64,000 nucleotides of DNA from Alphaproteobacteria bacterium (GTDB lineage Bacteria; Pseudomonadota; Alphaproteobacteria; UBA2966): assembly GCA_964291395.2 (NCBI GenBank), contig OZ219857.1, forward strand, positions 64,001 to 128,000, read 5' to 3'. Position numbers and translations under genes: made by a program. A model generated the notes under the pieces. That model did no database searches. It worked only from the letters and a program-made list of their open reading frames with translations, and was not told the origin of the DNA. Position 1 is the stretch's first letter. Each line of letters starts with the position of its first letter. Of the stretch, positions 20,550-34,826 are shown in pieces.

Positions 20550-21725
20550 TCATTCAGCCGTTCCGTCCCATTCCGACAACACCTCGGAGTCGCGTTCCGC
20601 CGGGCGAAGCTCGGCACGTTTCGCGCTGAACCTGTCCTCGCCGACGAGCTCCCGGAATGCCCAAACGGCGGCGGCGCGTACCAAGGATGAGGTATCGAAA
20701 AGGCAGGTCTCGACGACCGGAACGGACTGTTCGTTCCCGCTATTGCCAAGCGCGATCAGGACATTGCGGACGAATCGGTCGCGACCCGTACGCTTGATCG
20801 GGGACCTCGAGAACATGTGCCTGAACCGGGTGTCGTCCAGCCGCGCCAACTCCGCAAGGCGGGGAGCGGTCAACTCGGCGCGCGGCAGAAACGCGGCCTC
20901 CCTGGACATGCGCGCGAATTTGTTCCAGGGGCAAACGGCCAAGCAGTCGTCGCACCCGTATATGCGATTGCCCATCGCTTTCCGGAACTCCGCGGGAATG
21001 GCGCCCTTGTGCTCAATAGTCAGATAGGAGATGCAACGCCGGGCATCGAGTCGGTAAGGTGCCGGGAAGGCGGCTGTCGGGCATATGTCGAGGCAGCTTC
21101 GGCAGGATCCGCAGTGATCGGTCTCCGCACGATCCGGCACGAGTTCCAGCGTGGTGAAAATCTCTCCCAGGAACGACCATGACCCCAGCTCTCGGGAGAC
21201 CAGGTTCGTATGCTTGCCTTGCCAGCCGATGCCGGCGGCCGCGGCCAACGGCTTCTCCAGAACCGGTGCGGTATCGACGAAGACTTTCGCCTGCGCCGCA
21301 TGTCGCTCGGAAATCCATCGCGCGAGGCGCTTGAGTTTGGATTTGACGATGTCGTGGTAATCGCGGCCTCGGGCGTAGACCGAGACGGACCCGACATCGG
21401 GCTGACTCAAAAGCGCCAGAGGATCACCGGGAAGGCGGTAGTTTACGCCCACCACGACGATCGACCTGACCTCGGGCCAAAGCGACCGGGGATGCGCGCG
21501 CAACTCGGCCTTGGCAGCCAACCACGCCATGTCTCCGTGCCAGCCCCGATCGATGAAGTCCTGCAGGCGAGACCCCGCATCCCCGATGCCGTCTGGGGTC
21601 GTGATTCCGACGACGTCGAACCCTTCCTCAAGAGCGCGTGCACGGATTTCCGCGCCCGCCGAGATCGGGTCGTGCTCAACTCCGTTCATGTTCCCGTGGC
21701 TATCCCTTAACGGTTCCGTCGCCAC
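20550..21725 (-). CDS. queG: Epoxyqueuosine reductase
   Basis: YARGRDYH, VDTAPVLEK, CGSCRSCLDICPT, CISYLTIE and YGCDDCLAVCPWN. Confidence 0.96.
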   Translation of the reverse strand: MATEPLRDSHGNMNGVEHDPISAGAEIRARALEEGFDVVGITTPDGIGDAGSRLQDFIDRGWHGDMAWLAAKAELRAHPRSLWPEVRSIVVVGVNYRLPGDPLALLSQPDVGSVSVYARGRDYHDIVKSKLKRLARWISERHAAQAKVFVDTAPVLEKPLAAAAGIGWQGKHTNLVSRELGSWSFLGEIFTTLELVPDRAETDHCGSCRSCLDICPTAAFPAPYRLDARRCISYLTIEHKGAIPAEFRKAMGNRIYGCDDCLAVCPWNKFARMSREAAFLPRAELTAPRLAELARLDDTRFRHMFSRSPIKRTGRDRFVRNVLIALGNSGNEQSVPVVETCLFDTSSLVRAAAVWAFRELVGEDRFSAKRAELRPAERDSEVLSEWDGTAE

Positions 21726-21734
21726 ACGGCACGT

Positions 21735-22403
21735 CTAGAAATCCAGATTGCCGTAGTGCTTTGGAGGTGACAATCCCGGAATGTGATCCGCCAACAAACC
21801 CCGAAAGGACGGTCTCGACTTGATACGTGCGTACCAATCCTTGGCCTCGGCATGGTCTTTCCACGGCACATCGCCAAGGTAATCGAGACAGGACAGGTGG
21901 GCGGCGGCGGTGAGGTCGGCAAGGCTCAAATCACTTCCGGCGAGCCAACGGCGCCGATCGGTCAGATAGGCGATGTAGTCCAGATGGTGGTCGATGTTGT
22001 GATAGGCGGCCCGCAAAGCGCCGGAATCGGGCTCTCCCATACCCATGAACCGTTTCGTCACCTTTTCATTCAACAGATGGCGAGTGACCTCGCCGTGAAA
22101 CTTGAGGTCGAACCAGCGCACCAGACGGCGGATTTCAGACTTCTCGCGCGGTGTTCCCGAAATCAACCGCGGTTCAGGACAGGTTTCCTCGAGGTATTCA
22201 CAGATCGCGTCACTTTCGGAAACCACGGCACCATCCCTATCGACGAAGACGGGCACCAGCCCCGTGGGGTTGAGTCTCAGAAACTCCTCGCGCCGTTCCC
22301 AGACAGGCTCGACGACCATCTCGTATTCGAGGCATTTCTCCTCCAACACCAGGCGGACCTTGCGGCAAAACGGTGAGAGCCAGATGTGGAAGAGCCTGCG
22401 CAT
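21735..22403 (-). CDS. Glutathione S-transferase family protein (FzlA-like)
   Basis: LSPFCRKVRL, LNP.G.VP, SLADLTAAAHLS.LDY and WYARIKSRPSFR...HYGNLDF. Adjacent to queG. Confidence 0.88.
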   Translation of the reverse strand: MRRLFHIWLSPFCRKVRLVLEEKCLEYEMVVEPVWERREEFLRLNPTGLVPVFVDRDGAVVSESDAICEYLEETCPEPRLISGTPREKSEIRRLVRWFDLKFHGEVTRHLLNEKVTKRFMGMGEPDSGALRAAYHNIDHHLDYIAYLTDRRRWLAGSDLSLADLTAAAHLSCLDYLGDVPWKDHAEAKDWYARIKSRPSFRGLLADHIPGLSPPKHYGNLDF

Positions 22404-22447
22404 GTTGCGCCGATATGGTCGAACGCCAAACGACAAGCGGTTCCTGG

Positions 22448-26998
<4,551 letters not shown>

Positions 26999-27017
26999 AT
27001 CCGCTCCTCCGCCCTAC

Positions 27018-28469
27018 CTAGCTCGCCAGAGCCATTTCAATCGCTGCGGGTTCGCGTTTGGCCCGCAAGTACCGGTCAATGCTGGCTGCGGCGTCCCGGG
27101 CGTCACGAATGGCCCACACCACCAGGGACGCGCCCCGCACGATGTCGCCAGCCGCAAACACTCCGTCCATGCTGGTCATCATAGTGCGAAAGTCGATCTG
27201 GACCGTCCCCCATTGACTGACCGCGAGATCGGGTGCTCCGAACATCTCCGGGATGTCCTCGGGATCGAATCCCAGCGCGTTGATGGCCAAGTCGGCCTCG
27301 ACCACATGGCTTGAGCCCGACACCGGTCGCGGAGTCTGTCTTCCGCTGGAATCCGGCGAGCCCAGGCGCATCCGAATGGCGCGAACGCCTTCGAGCTTGT
27401 CATCTCCCATGAAGGCCTCGGGCGCCGTCAGCCAAACGAAGTCGACGCCTTCCTCTTCCGCATGCACCACCTCCCGCATGCTTCCCGGCATATTCTCCCG
27501 ATCGCGGCGGTAAAGGCACTTGACGGACCGTGCACCCTGACGCACAGCGGTCCTGACGCAATCCATCGCCGTATCGCCGCCGCCGATCACGACTACCCGC
27601 TTGCCATTCGCATCCAACGGACCCATATCGAACTGAGGCACCGCATCGCCGAGGCCCTTTCGATTCGATGCCGTGAGGTAATCGAGCGCCTGTTTGATTT
27701 CGGGAAGGCCCACGCCTGGGACCATCATTTCCCGCGACCGATATACGCCGGTGCAGATCAAGACGGCATCATGACGGGAACGCAGATCCGCGAGAGTGAC
27801 ATCGCGGCCGACTTCAAACTCAAGGTGGAACCGGATGCCGCCGTCACGGAGCAATTGCGCCCGGCGCTCGACGATACGCTTCTCCAGCTTGAATCCGGGA
27901 ATTCCGTATACCAACAGGCCCCCAACCCGGTCGTAGCGGTCATAGACGTCGACTTGATATCCTGCCTTCCTCAACTGCTCGGCGGCGGCCATGCCAGCCG
28001 GTCCGGCACCGACGATGCCAATGGACTGCGCCAGATCCTCGTTGGGCGTTGGCGGCTTCACCCAACCGTTCGCGAACGCGGTTTCGGTTATGTAGGTTTC
28101 CACGGAGCCGATCGTCACCGTGCCGTGTCCGGCCTGCTCGATCACGCAGTTACCTTCACAAAGACGATCTTGCGGACAGATACGGCCGCACACCTCCGGG
28201 AGGTTGTTCGTTCTGGAGGACAACTCGTACGCCTCCTCCATCCGACCTTCGACCGTGAGCTTCAGCCAGTCCGGGATGTGATTGTGGACCGGACAATGAA
28301 TTTGACAGAACGGGATGCCGCATTGAGAGCACCTGGAGGCCTGCCGAGCCGCCAAATCGGGTTGATAGGTTTCGAAGATCTCCCGAAAGTCGCGAACGCG
28401 CTTTTCCGCTTGCCGCTTTTCCGGCGTGCATCGCGCCACGTCTACGAAGCTCAACATCTGCTCCGTCAT
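27018..28469 (-). CDS. gltD: Glutamate synthase small subunit
   Basis: RCSQCGIPFC, GRICPQDRLCEGNC, GAGPAG, GGGDTAMD and GASLVVWAI. Confidence 0.97.
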   Translation of the reverse strand: MTEQMLSFVDVARCTPEKRQAEKRVRDFREIFETYQPDLAARQASRCSQCGIPFCQIHCPVHNHIPDWLKLTVEGRMEEAYELSSRTNNLPEVCGRICPQDRLCEGNCVIEQAGHGTVTIGSVETYITETAFANGWVKPPTPNEDLAQSIGIVGAGPAGMAAAEQLRKAGYQVDVYDRYDRVGGLLVYGIPGFKLEKRIVERRAQLLRDGGIRFHLEFEVGRDVTLADLRSRHDAVLICTGVYRSREMMVPGVGLPEIKQALDYLTASNRKGLGDAVPQFDMGPLDANGKRVVVIGGGDTAMDCVRTAVRQGARSVKCLYRRDRENMPGSMREVVHAEEEGVDFVWLTAPEAFMGDDKLEGVRAIRMRLGSPDSSGRQTPRPVSGSSHVVEADLAINALGFDPEDIPEMFGAPDLAVSQWGTVQIDFRTMMTSMDGVFAAGDIVRGASLVVWAIRDARDAAASIDRYLRAKREPAAIEMALAS

Positions 28470-28794
28470 GGAGCCGCTCCTGTCCGCATTCGTTGTTCGC
28501 CGATGTCCCCGACGGGCACCCGCGCATTCGCAAGACTGATACCCGATTACTCACGGGAACGCCAGCGAAACCCTGATTTTAAGTCATAGTTACTGACATA
28601 TGTGAATTGGCGAAATTCTACCCTTGATTCCAATAGGTTGCGAGACACGAGAATCATTATTCTAGTACCATTTTTGTACTATATGATTTCTTGGGTTGGT
28701 ACAGGGGGAGTGATATAAGCATTGGGCTCGATCGGCCTGCCGGAATCGTCCCACCCGAGGCGCAACCTCTCAGACACGTGGCTCACTCTCTACA

Positions 28795-29598
28795 TTGCTG
28801 ACATCTCTTCAGATCGCACTCCTCGCGTCCGTGCAGGGCATCACGGAGTTTCTGCCGATATCCTCTTCGGGACACCTGGCCCTGGTTCCGATATTGACCG
28901 GGTGGGCCGACCAGGGACTGCTGCTCGACATCGCGGTGCACCTCGGGACCCTGGGCGCGGTCATCGCCTACTTTTGGCGCGACTCGTGGACCGCGGTCAG
29001 AGGACTGTTTCGTCTGTTCGGCGGAAGTTCGTCACCCGATGCTCAGCTCGCAACCAACTTGATCGTCGCCACGATTCCGATCATCGGTGCGGGCGCGGTG
29101 GTGATCTACTTCGATCTTTCCGACCTGTGGCGAAACGCCGAAGTCATCGGCTGGAGCATGCTCGGCTTCGGCATCTTGCTTTATGCCGCCGACCGCCTGG
29201 GTATGACCGTGCGTCGCGTCGAGCACATGCGGGCCAGCGCAGCCCTGGTGATCGGCGTGGCACAAGTCGCAGCGCTCATACCCGGTACGAGCCGTGCGGG
29301 CATCACCATGACCGCCGCGCGCCTGCTCGGCTTCGAGAGAGGGGAATCCGCTAGGTTCTCGATGCTCCTCTCCATTCCGACGATCTTCGCGGCGGGACTC
29401 GTCAGCGTCTACGGCATCGCCAACTCTCAAGACCTGGCGCTTGGCCTGGACGCAATCATCGCAGCCGGGTGCGCCCTCGTTGCCGCCCTTCTCGCCATCG
29501 CACTACTCATGGCGTGGCTGCGCCGTCAGAGCTTCACCCCGTTCGTGATCTATCGTGTCGCCGTGGGAGCCGTCCTCTTGTACTGGGTGTATTTCTGA
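28795..29598 (+). CDS. uppP: Undecaprenyl-diphosphatase
   Basis: VQGITEFLPISSSGHL, PGTSRAGIT and RFSMLLSIP. Confidence 0.96.
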   Translation: MLTSLQIALLASVQGITEFLPISSSGHLALVPILTGWADQGLLLDIAVHLGTLGAVIAYFWRDSWTAVRGLFRLFGGSSSPDAQLATNLIVATIPIIGAGAVVIYFDLSDLWRNAEVIGWSMLGFGILLYAADRLGMTVRRVEHMRASAALVIGVAQVAALIPGTSRAGITMTAARLLGFERGESARFSMLLSIPTIFAAGLVSVYGIANSQDLALGLDAIIAAGCALVAALLAIALLMAWLRRQSFTPFVIYRVAVGAVLLYWVYF

Positions 29599-29681
29599 CG
29601 CCCGAACGAGAGCCACAGATTGTTCAGGCCGTCCGCTGGAATGCGCGGATGTTCGATCGGAGTCGCCGGACGCGACGACGG

Positions 29682-30647
29682 TCAGCTTGACGTCGGCGGC
29701 GTGCGCATGGCGCGGCGGCTATACCTCCCGAGATAGCGTGGAACGATGGCTTCGACGGAACTCGGAGTCATTCCAAGATTCGAGAATCCCAGGGCGGTGT
29801 CGGCGACCACGTTGTCCGTCGACAAGAGCACGAGCTGATCTCGTGTCAACGGCGGGACCGGAAGCAACTCGAGGAACAGGGCCTTGATCTTGGCAGCCCA
29901 GAAGGGGATCGGCACGAGAAGGCGCGGCCGTCCCGTTTGGCGGCAAATCAGCTTCATGATCTCCTTGTAGGAGTATGTCCGCGGGCCTCCCAACTCATAT
30001 GTCCTGCCCTCGCTCGCCACAACGTCCAATATCTTTACGATGGCGTCGGCCACGTCGCCGACATAAACCGGTTGCAGTCGACTGCTGCCGGCGTCAAGCA
30101 AACCGTGGCCAAAGATCGGCAGCACGGGAGACAGACGTGCCATCGCCGCGAAGCGATTGAAAAATTGGTCTTCGGCGCCGAATACGACGCCGGGACGCAC
30201 CACCGTGGCCGACGGAAACACCGCGGATACGCGCGCCTCACCTTCGGCCTTGGATAGGGCGTAGACGGACTCCGACGACGAGTCCGCGCCCAGGGCGGAG
30301 ACAAGAACCAGACGGCTGGCGCCGCATTCCACCGCCGCTTTGGCAACCCGTTCCGCACCCTCGACGTGGATGGATTGAAATGTTTGACGGCCACGGTTGT
30401 ACAGGACGCCCACAGAGAAAATCACCGCATCGGCACCCCGCACGGCAGACCTGACGCTGTCGTCGTCGCGAATGTCCGCAGACACGGGGACGATCTGTCC
30501 CACGTCGCCCATCGGTTTCAGGAACCGAGCGTTCTCCACATCCCGCACGGCGACGCACACGCGATCGCCCGCATCGGCGAGCCGCTTAACCAGGTATCGT
30601 CCGATGAAGCCGGACCCACCGAACACCGTTACCAGCCGATCGGCCAC
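29682..30647 (-). CDS. Complex I NDUFA9-family SDR protein
   Basis: VTVFGGSGFIGRY, LKPMGDVGQ and QPVYVGDVA. GTG start with a GGGGAG RBS. Confidence 0.9.
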   Translation of the reverse strand: MADRLVTVFGGSGFIGRYLVKRLADAGDRVCVAVRDVENARFLKPMGDVGQIVPVSADIRDDDSVRSAVRGADAVIFSVGVLYNRGRQTFQSIHVEGAERVAKAAVECGASRLVLVSALGADSSSESVYALSKAEGEARVSAVFPSATVVRPGVVFGAEDQFFNRFAAMARLSPVLPIFGHGLLDAGSSRLQPVYVGDVADAIVKILDVVASEGRTYELGGPRTYSYKEIMKLICRQTGRPRLLVPIPFWAAKIKALFLELLPVPPLTRDQLVLLSTDNVVADTALGFSNLGMTPSSVEAIVPRYLGRYSRRAMRTPPTSS

Positions 30648-30763
30648 TTCCGCACTCCCCGTCCAGAGATCCGAGCCGCTAGTATTGTCGCCTTCAAAAC
30701 CTTCAGGCAAGCATCCTACTCGAGGTCTATGGATCCATCACTTTCGTGCAGAATATTGCGTCG

Positions 30764-30792
30764 TTGACATCGGCGGAACACGACGTTAACGA
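30764..30792 (+). promoter_or_regulatory. Putative promoter of tRNA-Leu
   Basis: TTGACA-N17-TAACGA, 13 nt upstream of the tRNA. Confidence 0.55.
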
Positions 30793-30805
30793 CTGATGAC
30801 GCTGA

Positions 30806-30892
30806 GCCCAGGTGGCGGAATTGGTAGACGCGCTAGCTTCAGGTGCTAGTGGCCGCAAGGTCGTGGAAGTTCGAGTCTTCTCCTGGGCACCA
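30806..30892 (+). tRNA. tRNA-Leu(CAG)
   Basis: GCCCAGGTGGCGGAATTGGTAGACGCG-CTAGC-TTCAGGT-GCTAG, then a variable arm, then GGAAGTTCGAGTCTTCTCCTGGGCACCA. Confidence 0.97.
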
Positions 30893-30935
30893 CCCGCCTC
30901 CCTCGAAGCGGTGTGCGACTACGCAAGGCGACATC

Positions 30936-31547
30936 ATGGCCATCGACGTCCATAAGGGTGATCTGCCTCCCGGTCTCGATTTCGGCGCCAGCGTCGCCGT
31001 CGATACGGAAACGCTGGGTCTGAACCCCAAACGTGATCGTCTGTGCGTCGTGCAATTGTCGGGGGGCGATGGAAACAGCCATCTTGTACAATTCGACCGC
31101 GACGAATTCGACGCGCCGAACCTCTCGGCATTGCTGACCGATCTCGACATTACGAAGATCTTTCATTTTGCCCGGTTCGATATCGCGGCGATTCGCCAGC
31201 ACCTGAACATCCTCTGCGCACCCGTATACTGCACGAAGATCGCGTCCAAGCTCGTCCGAACCTATACCGACCGTCACGGCCTCAAGGACCTGTGCCGGGA
31301 ACTCCTCAAGCTGGACCTCAACAAGCAGCAGCAATCCTCGGACTGGGGCGCCGAGACTCTCAGCAGGGAACAACTGGAATACGCGGCCGCGGATGTTCTG
31401 CATCTACACGAGCTGAAACGGTTGCTCGACGCGATGCTCGAACGCGAAGGCCGAACACATTTTGCCAATGCCTGCTTCGCATTTCTGCCGGTGCGCGCGG
31501 AACTCGACCTGGCAGGCTGGTCGGAAGAGGATCTATTCGCGCATTGA
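30936..31547 (+). CDS. nrnC: RNase D-like 3'-5' exonuclease (nanoRNase C type)
   Basis: 203 aa stand-alone DEDDy domain: VDTETLGL, RDRLCVVQ, FHFARFD, CTKIASKL.RTYTDRHGLK and QQSSDWG. Confidence 0.85.
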   Translation: MAIDVHKGDLPPGLDFGASVAVDTETLGLNPKRDRLCVVQLSGGDGNSHLVQFDRDEFDAPNLSALLTDLDITKIFHFARFDIAAIRQHLNILCAPVYCTKIASKLVRTYTDRHGLKDLCRELLKLDLNKQQQSSDWGAETLSREQLEYAAADVLHLHELKRLLDAMLEREGRTHFANACFAFLPVRAELDLAGWSEEDLFAH

Positions 31548-31679
31548 GACCGTTTTCTCGTCCGAGGTTCGACTATCATACGCACCGAGCGGGAGACATC
31601 GGTTCGCCAGTTTCGGTCGATGCATGCCGCAGTCGTGGACCGACGTTGATGGCGCCTGTCGGAACACCGGTTTGAAAGC

Positions 31680-32681
31680 ATGAACACCAAGCATGGCCCG
31701 GCTGCCGCAGACATCAAGGGCGAGACAGACCTCGGTGCCGCCAGGCGCGTGTTGGCGCTGGAAATCCAGGGCCTGGAAGCACTGAATCAAAATCTTGATC
31801 ACACCTTCACCGATGCCGTCGAAGCGATGGCCACCGCCGCTGGGCGCATCGTCGTGACCGGAATGGGCAAAAGCGGTCACATAGCTCGCAAAATCGCGTC
31901 CACGCTGTCCTCCATCGGATCACCGGCCCTCTACGTCCATCCGGGCGAGGCGGGGCATGGGGACCTCGGCATGATCGCCGATAGCGACGTTGTCGTCGCC
32001 CTTTCCAATTCCGGAGAGACACCGGAACTCTCGGCCATCATCAAATTCACGCGTCGGTTCGAGTTGCCGCTCATTGCGATTCTCGGCAACCCCGGAAGCA
32101 CGTTGGGAGAGGCCGCCGATATTCTCTTGACCCTCCCGGTAGTGCCCGAAGCTTGCCCCATGGGTCTCGCACCGACGACCTCGACCACCATGATGCTCGC
32201 GTTGGGAGACGCACTCGCCGTTGCTCTCCTCGAACGCCGGGGGTTCTCGCCGGACGATTTTCACGTGCTGCATCCCGACGGAAAGTTGGGACAGCGCCTG
32301 ATCCGGGTGTCCGAGATCATGCATACCGGCAGCGCCATACCGCTCGTACCTCCCGAAATGGGAATGGCAGACGTCATCGTGACCATGACCGCGAAGAGCT
32401 TCGGCTGTGTCGGAGTCGTCGAGGAACGGAATGGTCAACTTCTGGGGATCATCACCGACGGCGACCTGCGCCGACACATGAACGAGAAGCTCCTCGATCA
32501 ATCCGCTCGCGACGTCATGACTCAGAACCCCAGGACGATACGGCCTCAGGCCCTGGCCGCCGAAGCCGTACGCAGCATGAACGCTCACGTCAAACCGATT
32601 ACCAGCCTGTTCGTCTTGGACCGGGATCAGGTGGTCGGAATCGTTCATATCCACGACTGCCTGCGGGCCGGGGTGGCATGA
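31680..32681 (+). CDS. kdsD: Arabinose-5-phosphate isomerase (KpsF/GutQ; SIS plus 2 CBS domains)
   Basis: GMGKSGHIARK, EAGHGDLG, SNSGET and APTTSTT. Confidence 0.93.
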   Translation: MNTKHGPAAADIKGETDLGAARRVLALEIQGLEALNQNLDHTFTDAVEAMATAAGRIVVTGMGKSGHIARKIASTLSSIGSPALYVHPGEAGHGDLGMIADSDVVVALSNSGETPELSAIIKFTRRFELPLIAILGNPGSTLGEAADILLTLPVVPEACPMGLAPTTSTTMMLALGDALAVALLERRGFSPDDFHVLHPDGKLGQRLIRVSEIMHTGSAIPLVPPEMGMADVIVTMTAKSFGCVGVVEERNGQLLGIITDGDLRRHMNEKLLDQSARDVMTQNPRTIRPQALAAEAVRSMNAHVKPITSLFVLDRDQVVGIVHIHDCLRAGVA

Positions 32682-33367
32682 GCACGTCCGTTTCAACTGG
32701 TGGATCGATGCGCTCAGAACGCCGCGCCCGGACGGCCGAGGCGCTTACGCCCACCGTCCCAGGAACCAGGCGCTTCGGGGCTCGATACAGCCGTTTCGTA
32801 GGCGCCATGAAGGTGCTCCTGCCGCTCGTCGCAGCGGCCATCGCCGGTCTCATTCTCGCCTGGCCCGGCACGTACGAAGACCCGCAGGAGATCGCGCTCA
32901 CCTTTGCCGAGACCGGTTCGACAGACGCAAAGACACCGGGCATGGCCAACGCCCGTTACATTGGCACGGATGCCGACAATCGACCTTTCCTCGTGACGGC
33001 CGACCAAGCGATCCAGGACCCGGCCCAACCGGACCTGATCGACATGGTTGCGCTCCAGGCGGACATGACGCTGGACAACGGCATGTGGGTATCCGTCATG
33101 GCGTCGCATGGCAGATACGATCGTGCGCGCCAAGTCCTGCAACTCGCCGGATCCGTCAATATTTTCTCTGACATCGGTTACGAATTTCACGCCGAGACCG
33201 CACGCGTCGACCTACAAGACAACGTCGCGGAAAGCGACGCCCCCGTCAAAGGTCACGGTCCGTTCGGAACGCTGCGTGCAGATCGCTTCCGGATCGTGGA
33301 TCAGGGCAAGAGGCTGCTATTCAACGACAACGTCCGGATGACCATCCGACCGCGTGGGGACGAGTGA
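32678..33367 (+). CDS. lptC: LPS export protein LptC
   Basis: RYSRFV..MK.LLP single TM segment followed by a beta-jellyroll. Lies between kdsD and lptA. Confidence 0.88.
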   Translation: MSTSVSTGGSMRSERRARTAEALTPTVPGTRRFGARYSRFVGAMKVLLPLVAAAIAGLILAWPGTYEDPQEIALTFAETGSTDAKTPGMANARYIGTDADNRPFLVTADQAIQDPAQPDLIDMVALQADMTLDNGMWVSVMASHGRYDRARQVLQLAGSVNIFSDIGYEFHAETARVDLQDNVAESDAPVKGHGPFGTLRADRFRIVDQGKRLLFNDNVRMTIRPRGDE

Positions 33368-33942
33368 GAATGCCTTCGCTTCAACGAAGGCTCGGTCCCC
33401 TGACTTGGTTCCATCATCTGTGCCTTGCAGGCTTTATCGTCTGCGCCGCCTCCCTGCCCGTGACTCCAGGATGGTCGCAGAGCAAGCCTACATCTGGCCT
33501 GGACACCGACAAACCCATTGAAATCTCCGCGGACTCCCTGGAGGTCAAACAGGACGAGAACATCGCCATATTCACGGGGAATGTGGATGCGCTCCAAGGA
33601 GATATTCGTTTGAGAGCCAGTCAATTGACGGTGCACTACCGCAGCGGCGAAGGCGGCGAGGCAGGCGTCAATGCGATCAGCCGGATCGACGCTTCCGGCT
33701 CGGTCTTCATCACCTCCGGCCGTGAAACGGCGCAAGGCGAAGCAGGCGTATACGACGTCGAAAACAGCCTCATCACCCTTATCCAAAACGTGGTTCTAAC
33801 TCGAGGAGAAAACGTGATCCGTGGTGACCGACTGGTACTGGACCTAGCGACGGGACAAACTCGTGTCGACGGTGGTGAGAGTGGGCCTCGGTCGGGAGGA
33901 CGGGTCCGCAGTTTGTTCGTTCCAAAGCGATCAACCAATTGA
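33364..33942 (+). CDS. lptA: LPS transport periplasmic protein LptA
   Basis: Signal peptide, PIEISADSLEV, FTGNV...QG and GRVRSLF. Confidence 0.92.
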   Translation: MRMPSLQRRLGPLTWFHHLCLAGFIVCAASLPVTPGWSQSKPTSGLDTDKPIEISADSLEVKQDENIAIFTGNVDALQGDIRLRASQLTVHYRSGEGGEAGVNAISRIDASGSVFITSGRETAQGEAGVYDVENSLITLIQNVVLTRGENVIRGDRLVLDLATGQTRVDGGESGPRSGGRVRSLFVPKRSTN

Positions 33943-34017
33943 TATATGAACCATGGTGACTTGAGTTAACAAGTCGTGGACAGTGCAGGAAAGACAGTAG
34001 GGACTACCGATTGCCGC

Positions 34018-34818
34018 ATGTCTGACAAACCGTCGATAGCCTTCAAAAGCGATGGGATGGGGACGCATGGGGCGTCACCCAAACTCGTGACAAACAATCA
34101 GGGCCTTCTCGCCAGTAACATCGGAAAGCGCTTCAAGAAGCGCCCCGTGCTGCGGGACGTCACGCTAAAGGTCCAGCGCGGCGAGGCGGTCGGATTATTG
34201 GGCCCCAATGGCGCGGGCAAGACGACCTGCTTCTATATCATCACGGGGCTCATTTTTCCGGACTATGGCTCGATCGTTCTCGACGGTCACGACATCACTG
34301 ATTTACCCATGTACCGGCGCGCGCGCTTGGGTATCGGGCACCTACCGCAGGAGGCTTCCATATTCCGGGGCCTGACCGTCGAGAATAATATTCGGGCCGT
34401 CCTGGAGGTCGTCGAGCCCGTCCGCGACACCCGTGAAGCCATGCTCGACGATTTGCTTGCTGAGTTCTCGATTTCGCATTTGCGGCGAACACCGGCCGTC
34501 GCACTGTCGGGAGGGGAACGGCGCAGGGTTGAAATCGCGCGTGCTCTGGCGTCGCGGCCGAGCTTCATGATGCTCGATGAGCCCCTGGCCGGTATCGATC
34601 CGATCGCGGTGGGCGATATCCGCGACTTGGTGTCCCATCTCAAAGACCGTGGTATCGGCGTGTTGATCACGGATCATAACGTGCGAGAGACCCTCGATAT
34701 CATCGACCGCGCATACATCCTTCATGAAGGTCGGCTGCTGCTCGAAGGCGCGCCGCCCGACATCGTTGCGCACGAAGACGTGCGACGCGTGTACCTCGGG
34801 GACCGATTCAGCTTGTAG
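34018..34818 (+). CDS. lptB: LPS export ABC ATPase LptB
   Basis: [27 protein letters not shown] and [11 protein letters not shown]. Start is uncertain. Confidence 0.96.
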   Translation: MSDKPSIAFKSDGMGTHGASPKLVTNNQGLLASNIGKRFKKRPVLRDVTLKVQRGEAVGLLGPNGAGKTTCFYIITGLIFPDYGSIVLDGHDITDLPMYRRARLGIGHLPQEASIFRGLTVENNIRAVLEVVEPVRDTREAMLDDLLAEFSISHLRRTPAVALSGGERRRVEIARALASRPSFMMLDEPLAGIDPIAVGDIRDLVSHLKDRGIGVLITDHNVRETLDIIDRAYILHEGRLLLEGAPPDIVAHEDVRRVYLGDRFSL

Positions 34819-34826
34819 AGTCCCTC

